DNA of 64,000 nucleotides from the human T2T-CHM13v2.0 reference genome, Homo sapiens, in the NCBI RefSeq assembly GCF_009914755.1, contig NC_060936.1; one strand, 5' to 3'. The notes under the pieces were generated by a model that searched no databases, was not told the origin of the DNA, and worked only from the letters and a program-made list of their open reading frames with translations. The position numbers were made by a program, and so were the translations under genes. How positions within the stretch are numbered: position 1 is the stretch's first letter; every line of letters begins with the position of its first letter. Shown here piece after piece: positions 46,727 through 64,000 of this stretch.

Positions 46727-47078
46727 CACGGCGCCACGCTAGGGGCTGTACGCACGCACGGCGCCACGCGCTAGGGGCTGAACGCACACGCACGGCGCCA
46801 CGCTAGGGGCTGAACGCACGCACGGCGCCACGCGCTAGGTGCTGAACGCGCACGCACGGCGCCACGCTAGGGGCTGTACGCGCACGCACGGCGCCACGCG
46901 CTAGGTGCTGAACGCACACGCACGGCGCCACGCGCTAGGGGCTGAACGCGCACGCACGGCGCCACGCTAGGGGCTGTACGCACGCACGGCGCCACGCGCT
47001 AGGTGCTGAACGCACACGCACGGCGCCACGCGCTAGGTGCTGAACGCACACGCACGGCGCCACGCGCTAGGTGCTGAA
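46727..47078. repeat. CpG-rich minisatellite, ~11 units of 30-34 bp
   Basis: Unit CACGGCGCCA(CG)1-2CTAGG(G/T)GCTG(A/T)ACG(CR)0-1CACG. Confidence 0.97.
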
Positions 47079-47210
47079 GGGGCCGCAAAGATGAGTAAAA
47101 TGCAGAGCGGGCCTTCGCAAGGCTCACAGCCCAATTCTCTTTTCCATTTTGTAGTCCTTGTGAGCTGAGCAAGGCATTATCATCCTTTTATTTAAAACAA
47201 TAGGGGAAAC

Positions 47211-47740
<530 letters not shown>

Positions 47741-48069
47741 CTAGAGCATGATCCCAAGTCGATTCTGAGTCTGGGCCTCTTTCCACTCCCAGCCGTCCTA
47801 CTAGCCTAATTCATCTGGCATCACTGGGGCCAAAAGCTACAAAGTCCATTTTGAGCTCTAACTTTGCAGAGTCATTTCCATCCTCCTGCCTTTCCCATCC
47901 TGACAAGTGCACATGCACACACACATTGCCAGACACCCAGCAGACACAGAATCAATGCTTTTGCGTGAGTGAAACAGCCCCTCTGGCAGCCCTCTTCACC
48001 TGCCCAGTCCCCAGTGCCCAGCACCCAGTGCTGAGCTGGTGAAGATCCCGTGGCCAGAGGCACACTTAC

Positions 48070-48081
48070 CATATACATCAT
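48070..48081 (-). CDS. NINJ2: Candidate alternative first coding exon of NINJ2 (MMYM)
   Basis: ATG ATG TAT ATG|GTAAGT: consensus donor at phase 0, matching the exon 2 acceptor. Would give a 135-aa product. Transcription start not determinable from sequence. Confidence 0.6.
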
Positions 48082-48452
48082 GACTCAGATCCCATTTGCT
48101 GACTTGGAACTGAAGCCTCTTGCCCCACCAAGCAATTACTGGAGAACAGGAAGTCTCAACGGAAAATGAGGTCAGCCTGGTGGCTGAGAGGAAAAGGGTC
48201 AGCGAGCACAGCCTTCTGCCCCCGTGGGTCCCCACAGCAGCCAGCCCAGGGCCCTGCATGCAGCAGATGCCCACCACAGCTTCACTGGTGGGTTAGCTGC
48301 TCTGAGCGACTCTGTTCAGCCCAGCCACAGGAGGGGGTTACCAGGCAGGGACTTAATATGTGGCTCTAGAGTCTGAAGGAGACAACTTCAACTCAACCTT
48401 GTTTAGCAGAACTGGGCTATGACAAGGACAACCACAGCACTGGAAATCTATT

Positions 48453-49368
<916 letters not shown>

Positions 49369-49559
49369 TCCCAGGGCTTTCTTGAAGTGGCATAAAAGTA
49401 AGAAAGGATTTTAGAAATCATTTAGTCTAAACTCCTCCTGGTTACACCTTTGGAAGCATTTCCCTGTAGATATTCTTCCCATACCCACCATACCTCTTTC
49501 TTGGCAATAAATAACCTGCTAGAAGTCAGAAGAGAGAAAAACTTCCATGAGTTTCCAGG

Positions 49560-50480
49560 AAGCGAGGCCATTATTACTTGTTGTAGGAGGTTGCCCCCCA
49601 ATATCTATTTGACCTTCTTGCAGGATAGTAGAATATTTGACGGGATGCATGACCACTTAGCTAAAGTCAGCATTTCCCAATCCGTCTTGCAGCAGCAGGG
49701 CTGTATGACCAAGGTCTGGCTAATGAGAACTTAGCAAGAAGAATTGTGGCCCTAAAAGGAAGGCACCTGTCTTCTCTATCCCCTCCCTCCCTTTTTCCCA
49801 GGCTGGAATGTGGAGATTGTGGTGAGCATCTTCAATCATGTGTATAAGGTACATATCCCAGGAGCAGAGCAACAAGCTAGAAGGAGCTTGGGTCCCAAAC
49901 ACCGTGGAGCTACTGTATTATCCCTGGACTGTCTGCACGCAGACTATTACACACAGGCGAGAAATAAACTTCCATTTTGGTCTAAGCTGTTATTATTTGG
50001 CGTCTTGCGTCAGTGAAACCTGCATCCTAACACAACACTCTGTGGGGTGTCGGGGCAGTCGCAACCTCCCGTTCTCTGAGAAACCCCCAATTCCACACAC
50101 CTAGGAGGTAGCCTGGTGACATTATATCCGGTCCAGGAATATCTGGCTCAGGCTGGGTAGAGTAGGGGCGGGAGTCCTGTCCAAGCAGGGCCAATCAGAT
50201 TTTCCCTTCCATTAATCTGGAACTGAGATTCACTGTTGCTATTCAACCTCCACGGACTACATGAACCAAGATGCACCAGGAGAAGCAAAAATGAGAGGCC
50301 AGGCAGCCCCAGAAAAGCAGAGGGAAGGAGCTGTCTTGGTTGGTAGGGCTCGAGGTTCTGGCCCAGGCACTTGGATGACCTCCCTGATCTCCCTGTTGTG
50401 TGGTTCTTGGGAGAGATCCTGACACTTTATGATAAACTCCCTCTTTTGGTCTCAGATGCTTTAGGTTCCTTTCTGTCACC
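49560..50480 (+). mobile_element. Ancient MLT1-type MaLR LTR remnants
   Basis: gcgagaaataaacttccattttggtctaagctgttattatttgg and tttctgtcacccgtaacccaaag resemble MLT1 3' ends. Confidence 0.5.
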
Positions 50481-51029
50481 CGTAACCCAAAGTGCCTGAG
50501 TCTCTTCTGATCCTTGTAAAGATCTGTGTATCCTCAAAACCAGAGGACCCATGTGTCTGCAGCACACCCTTGGCACACCGGGTCCTCTCCGTCACTGCAA
50601 TCATAGAAGGTCCTGAGGTGAACTAGGTAGATAGACAGATTGATCGCCTGATCGGCTGATTGGTGAATCAATCCATGGGTCTTCCAAGGGATGCTAAACA
50701 GGCCTCATGGAATCACAGAATCAGGGTGAAAGGGACAAAAGGCATCAGGCAAGGTGTGACCAGAAAGGCTTAGTGACATGTCCAAAGCGTGCAATTCAGT
50801 GGCAGAGTTTCAACTGGACCCCAGCCCAGCACTCCCAGGTTCACTCCTCCTCCCCTGCCATCCCTGGCTGGCCCAATCTGGGGGTGCTCTGACACACTAG
50901 GAATAGTTTCCCCATGCTAATGAGCAAAATCCCTGTGACAGCTATGTCAAATCAAGCATATCTGCGGCTCCTAAGAAAAATGAAAATGTATCCTTTTCTC
51001 CTTTTTCTGGGTCTTTCTCTATAATTCTA

Positions 51030-51773
<744 letters not shown>

Positions 51774-51981
51774 TCATTTAAGCCCTTCCAGAAGCCACAG
51801 GCATGTGGGGTGGAGAAAGGCCAAGCAGCTTGTCCATAGCACGTGGCTAGTAAGAACGGTCTCTTACACGATGTCCTACTGCCTCCTAAAGAAGACCATC
51901 CTTAGCGATGGTTGCTGCCTTGACTTTCCAGCCTTCTCCACAGGCACCTGCTCAGCTTGGTTTGGGTCCATGGGTATTGGG

Positions 51982-54256
<2,275 letters not shown>

Positions 54257-54623
54257 TACAGTGAAGAGTGGGACTGCTCTGGTCCCAGGGTAATGACGGT
54301 GACAGTGCTGCAGGTTGCAGGAAACCCACCCCATTCCCCCTCCAAATAGGAAAGAGGCCACGATGCCAAGAAAAGGGACTTCTTGACTACAAAATGGGCC
54401 TAGCTACCAACTTATAAATTAGAAGCAAGACTTCTGAGTGGTGTCAGGAAACTGCTAGTGTTCTCCTCTCTTGTACCTTTAAGATTTATCCAAAATGAGA
54501 CACCTTTCTACACAATAGCATCTGATGTGACCTAAGTGTGGAGACAAGAATCCCTAGTTGAACCAATGAAGGATCAAAAGACCCTAAAAGCTTACCTTGG
54601 CATCTCAGGCACTTGGAAAGCTA

Positions 54624-54948
<325 letters not shown>

Positions 54949-55933
54949 AGTGTGTTCACCCCCTGTTCTTGCCCTAGGTCCCTAATCTAAGCGAAGTTGT
55001 TGTAGTAAAGCCTGGGATGCGCTAAGAGGACAACAGAGGAAAGACACTGGGGGAAGAGCCCACAGCAGTCAGAGCACGTCCTCCCCTCACGAAGCCTTCC
55101 CTAAAGCCCTGGCCGCGTGCTGAGAATCCTTCCTTCTAATCCTGCCCCTGCATATCCGTGGCCCAAGCATTCCTTCTGCCTCCAGACCTGCCTCCACAAC
55201 AGCTGATGAGGCAAGTGTCCTGGCTGAAGCGCAGCAGTTCACATCCCCTTTCTTTCTGGCCTTGACATTAGAGGATGCCTGTGCAGCTCTGAAGCTCCTG
55301 GGGATAAAAGGCTCAGGCTGCTGTGCTTCTTCTCACAGGTCCCTGAGCTCCCCCAGGGCTTTCCTACACAGAAGGCCGGCTGGCTGAGCACTCCCAGCTG
55401 CAGCCCCGCTGGCGTCGCCGTGTTTTCTGTGCTCTGCGCTCACTCCCCAGGACGTTCTGGTTTCCTCATCTCAGCTCTCTTTGTTTAGCCACAGAGATTG
55501 GGCAACTTCTGTTGGGCAGCGAGGTCAGGGCCCTGCCTCCTAAGAAGGGGCCTCTCCCTCACAGGTCAGTCTGAAGTCACTTGTTCTCCAAGCCCTTGCT
55601 CACCCCAGGGCCCTGACACTCAAGTCCATCCAACACCAGGTGCCTCTTTCTCTGGGCACTTGGTGCCCAGGTAAAATTTTCAGATATTATTGCTGTTTTT
55701 AACATTATTCAGTGAATAACGTACTCTGGTGGTCTGAAAGGGATAAGGGGGGATTCTGATTTACGGATTTAATGTCAGACTGCATAAAAGCCTCCTCTCT
55801 CTCCTTCGGAAGTTTTCTAGGGTGCTAGGTGGCAGCAACCCTGTTCTGTCAATAGGACCATCTGAACCCGTAGGAGCTCCTTGCTGGACAATGCCAAAGT
55901 GCGGCTGCAGTATGTGGTTAAAAGTCCCGTGGA

Positions 55934-56142
55934 GAGTTGGTAATGAGGAGGTGGGGGTGAGGAGTTGGTAATGAGGAGGTGGGGGTGAGGAGTTGGTAAT
56001 GAGGAGGTGGGGGTGAGGAGTTGGTAATGAGGTGGGGGTGAGGAGTTGGTAATGAGGTGGGGGTGAGGAGTTGGTAATGAGGTGGGGGTGAGGAGTTGGT
56101 AATAAGGTGGGGGTGAGGAGTTAGTAATGAGGTGGGGGTGAG
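55934..56142. repeat. G-rich minisatellite, 3 x 28 bp + 5 x 25 bp
   Basis: Unit GAGTTGGTAATGAG(GAG)GTGGGGGTGAG. Confidence 0.96.
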
Positions 56143-58378
56143 GGGGGAGTGTTGAGAAGGCAGTATGCCACTCTGGAACCCCAGAACAGCATTTTAGGAC
56201 TCAGGGCCCAGAGGCGTTTTAGGACTATGGAAACTTACCACAGGAAGGGCTTTAGTAATCAGTTGTGCCTGATCTGTCTATTTTACAGAGGAAGAAACTG
56301 AGGCTCAGAGAGGCATATAACCTACCAGCAGGCTTTGGTTAGTGATCTGGGTTGACCCAGTGAAGGTCAGTCTGACAGCACTGTGGCCCAGGGCCCTCTC
56401 AGTCATGGCACCAGAGCCTCGGGCTCCAAGGAGACTGCAGTTTTGGATCAGGAGCCCAATTGCCTCTTATCGCAGAAGTTCTGTCTCCATCTGCAGGGAA
56501 AAGGAGGCTCTTGGCCTCCCAGGGTAGCAAAAGGCAAACACACTTGGTTACCGGGAGCCCTTGAGAAGGTGGCAAGAGTGGAGAAGAGCAAACACCCGAC
56601 TCCCTCCATCTCTGGCTTTGGCTCTAGACTCAGATGGTTTAGAGCCAAGGCCTCCAATGGCCTCTCAGAGCTCTCAGAGAGCCCTGTTCAGGTGCAGAAA
56701 AACTGGTCTCGTGTATTCTCCATGGGTCCCCACAAACAACAGATTATCAGAAAGGTCAGGCTTCTTTCTGACAGGGGCAGCAAAACTAAATCCCAGAACT
56801 TCTAAAGGTCACGTGCCTTGTGGAGAAATAGTTGGGGAGTGAGGTGCCCGCAATTTCTTTTGAGGAGAGCAGTGGCTAGAAGGAATGGTCCAGGAGGGGG
56901 GCAGTTTATTGTCAGGACCATTGGATGGAGTCCAGCAAGTATTTATCAGGAGTTGATGGTGTGTGCAGCCCCAAGCTGGGCACTTGGGGTAGGGGATGGA
57001 GAGTATGTTTAGGACTTGGCCCCTGCTTACAAGGTGCTTGCTGGCAATATAAGATTCTCATATGTGATTCAAAAAAGAGAAAAGGCAGAAGCTATGTTAA
57101 TGGCCAAAGAGAACATGCTTTAGAAGGAATGAGAAAAATCAGTGTGGGCTCCTCTAGTTCTGAAGAGCTTCATGGAGTGGGGCGATCTTTACACAGCCCC
57201 ACACCCTGCAGTCAGTGTGTGAACTGAGGAGAGAGGTGGGAATGAGCATAGGAACTCACCCTTTCTAACCTCCTTTGTACACAGGCTGTGAGCTAGAATT
57301 AGAATGTAAAGAACGCTGTGTCCTCCAAGGGTGGCATATTGCCTGCGGAGTCCTCCTGGGCCCTTGCAGGATGTGGCCAAGATGCTTGGTGCTGCAGATA
57401 GTCTCCCGGAAGAGAGGGGCTTACACATTCTTGGTAAGCTGTGGCTGGGTTTAGAATGATTCCTTGGGAAAAGGGGTAGCAAAGTAACTTTGTCCTGAAG
57501 AAGCCCCAAGTATCCTGAGCCCAGCAGCCTTACATAAAGTAGTATTGCATAGTGACTACCATTTCAGGGTCTGGATTTAGACTTGGCTTTGAGTCCTATC
57601 TCTGCAGCTTTTAGTAACTGTGTGACATTGTCATTGACCTCTCTAAGCTTCAGTTTCCTCATCTATAAAGTGAAGATAATATTCCTTAATGGTCAGGGTT
57701 ATAGTGAGGACTAAGTGAGGGAGGGCTCAGCTGCCAGCTTGGCATCCTCAGCCCATGGCAGCCGTGTCATGGCTTTGTGCTCCAGTTTGTTGCCAGGGCC
57801 TGGTGTTTCATGGTTCACTCTCTTGTCTGACTGTTTCCCAGATCAGGCAAGCCCTAAAGCGTCCTTTCATCCCTTTGGACACCTCCTAGTGACGGGAGAG
57901 CACAGGCAGTATGGGAGTGGGAAACTGGATGTCATAGCTGAGTGTCCATTCTATAGCTCGTGGGCATCATGCCATGGGCATCTCTTGACATAGTCAAGAG
58001 ACCTGGATGGAAATGGGCCCCAAACTACTTCACTAGGAGCTTTGTTTTCCTAGACCACAGTTTCTTCATCTATAAAATAAACAGCTTAAATTAGACCAGC
58101 GATCCCCGCTTTGCGGGAAGGGGAGAGGGTCTCAGACAGTATGGGGTCCCTGAATCCAGATGCACAGCAAACATTGCCTAGAGAACAAATAGATGATGCG
58201 TCTCACACATAAAGCCTGTGCTGTTTGTCAAATGCACAGAGGTGCTGCTATAATTTTTAAGATACATGTAAAAAGTATTACTGAATGCATGGTAGCTTTT
58301 TCTCAGCATGCAGTTCTTCATTTGTAGATACTAAAAGTACAATTATGATTACTTGGAAGGATCCAAAAGTGGTTTTGA

Positions 58379-60220
<1,842 letters not shown>

Positions 60221-61417
60221 GGGGCTACCTAAAGAGAGGAAGACAACTTTTATAAGAAACTCTGGGAAATGCTCAGGACTCTATTTGTTTAAAGGCCCTT
60301 TTTAAGAAATGCTTGCCACTTCCTAGTATTTGTCATTGTTTCCTACTGCACACGTTTGCAGCATATGGGAAGTGGGAGGAGTTAGAATGTCCTCCAAATT
60401 CCCCTGACACCCAGTTCCCACCTTCATCCTCTAGAAAAATGTGTTGCTTTGTTTTGTTTAACTTTTCGGGTCACAGACCCTTTCAGAATCTGATAAAGGT
60501 GATGGACCCCCTACCTCACCCTAAATGCAGTCACACACGGATAGCTTTTCTTTTTTTTTTAATTTTAATTTTTTTCATGAATAACTTTTCACATAATTTC
60601 AGCAGGTTCATCGCCTCCTGAGTTCACATGGACCCCCTTGGGAATTTATGGACACCCCCGCCCAGGTTAGGAAAACCTGCTCTTGTGTGGGTTGCTTCAA
60701 ACAAGTTTAAATTTGCCTTCTCCTAGTTGTCCATAGATCTAAGCTTTTTCTAAAAGTCCCATGGAACTTGTAATGAGACCTCTAAATGTCCCATATCCCA
60801 AAATGCTGTTGTAGGCTTCTTAGATTTTGGAAGACCAGATCAGCAAAAGACAGCATGCACTCAGGTGGAATATTGCAAAGGTAGACATCAGCTCAAGGCT
60901 AGCTTCTCTGGGCAGCTGGTGCAAGGTGAATGGAAGCAAGATAGGGGCTCAGGAACAGAGTCCATCTGAGAGCCAGCACTCCCTCCTGACAGTGACAGTT
61001 TTGTAAGTTTCTGTCCTAGGAGCTGTGGGCCTGCAGACCTGTGGTCCTTGAAGTGGAAAGCTGCTCCCATCTCTAGGAAGGATCTCCCAGCCTCTGTCCC
61101 CCTCCCCAACTGCTACCCGAGCCGCTCTCCCTTCACCTCAGGCCCTGTGTGACACACCTTTCCCCAGGGTTCCTGCCCCGGCAGCCTGCCCTGTCTGTTA
61201 GTGCTGTGAGTCTCTGAATGTACCAGCCAAAATCAGGGAAGGTTTCTTCCCACCCACTCAAAACTTCACTTTTCTCATCATCCAAACTCCGAATCTAAAA
61301 GCCTAGTTGTTATTTACCAACTTGCGTCCAAATCCACTCTTGGGCTTAGTTTGCAACCAGCATGTACCCTGGGATGAGTGAGAGGCGACAGGCTAGGAAG
61401 GGATCTGGGGTTTATTA

Positions 61418-62890
<1,473 letters not shown>

Positions 62891-64000
62891 GATATATATA
62901 TATAGATATATAGATATATTTGCCCTAGCTTAGTAACTATCATTAGCAAGTGATATTTAAGCTGGACTCTGAAGGATGGGTAAGAGTTGGAGAGACAAAG
63001 ATGAGGAAAAGGCATCTAGGTGGTAGGAATGGTATGCCAAGAGCCTTGGAAGCAGCAGGTGGACCTACATGCAGACTAGCAAATAGTTCTATTTGGCAAG
63101 AACATAGGGAGAGGGAGTAGACAGAGAGAAGGTCAGAAAGCCAAGGTGAAGTCGAGACCTTGCATTTCAGGCTGAAGAGTAGTTTGGGAATTTCAGGGGA
63201 ATCACTGAAGGTTTTTGAGTAGAGTTCATGGTGATCATAGCTGTATCCTAGAAAAATTAATTTGGGAGTTCTCTGGAGGCTACGTTGAAGAAAAAGAAAG
63301 CATTGGGTAGGGGTATTAGAAGAGGGAACATCTACAGGAGCCTTTTCCAGCAAGCTACTTCTGGTCAACTAAGCCAAAAGGGACCTTGGCCTCCGTTCTC
63401 TATGGTCCTCACTGTCTGGACCTCTCATGGACGGTACAGAAAGACAATATAGTTGTTAGGGGCAGAGTCTACTATAAAGTACCTTCTCAGAGCTTGGTCC
63501 ACCATGTGGAATAATTATATCCAGATTTGTTTTAAAGATTAAATGAGATAGAGTCTATCAAAACACTTATTAGCATAGAGGGAACGGATAAGCAATTTTT
63601 AATAAATGGTTGATAGGATAATCATTATCCTATGACTCATCTTGTAGATACGTGTGTCTAAAACTGGAATCACCTCCTTTATGGGTAGGAAGCCACAGCT
63701 TCTTGTACCAAGTAGATGATCAATGAATATGAAATAAACAGATATCATGATCGGTGAGGGATTAGGCTGTAAGAGTTTCATTAAATTTAGGAGAATCATT
63801 CCCTTTGAATGAGGACTGACATTTTTCTTGCCTGAAGTGTTCCCTGTTCTCAGAAGTACAATCACTATAACTTGGCAGATAGGATGGGATGAGTTTGTCC
63901 TTGAGACAGGACATCAAGCCCCAGTTCTGGGTAATGTTTTGACCTCACTGGTCCTGGCAAGCATTAATCTGAAGTCACTAGGCCTCTGGGCCTGTTCCTA

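Overview
Human (primate) genomic DNA, rich in Alu, L1 and LTR elements. I recognise it as the NINJ2 locus (ninjurin-2, 12p13.33) on the minus strand. Coding exons 2 and 3 (4143-3915, 3366-3182) and a 3'-UTR-only last exon (2646 to ~2260) lie at the left end. Almost everything from 4144 to 64000 is the large first intron; the canonical first exon (MESARENIDLQ, from memory) is beyond the right edge. The first ~1.5 kb is probably the end of the convergent B4GALNT3 3' UTR, assigned from known synteny plus a visible poly(A) signal. No prokaryote-type system, RNA gene or CRISPR array is present, and most ORFs in the track are Alu, L1 or simple-repeat artefacts. The most notable unexplained structure is: (1) candidate internal first exons for NINJ2, namely MMYM|GTAAGT at 48070 and a diverged duplicated module at 23.2/24.9 kb with a frame-preserving ORF and ETS/MYB/NF-E2/GATA sites; (2) a cryptic in-frame exon sterically exclusive with exon 2; (3) a 198-bp, 197/198-identical non-Alu inverted repeat around a 1.1-kb spacer; (4) two L2-seeded minisatellites, one carrying RBFOX, MBNL and NOVA motifs in every unit of the pre-mRNA and one creating a CpG-dense patch; (5) templated-insertion repair scars. 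Repeat subfamily names and boundaries were assigned by eye and are approximate. All functional claims are untested inferences.
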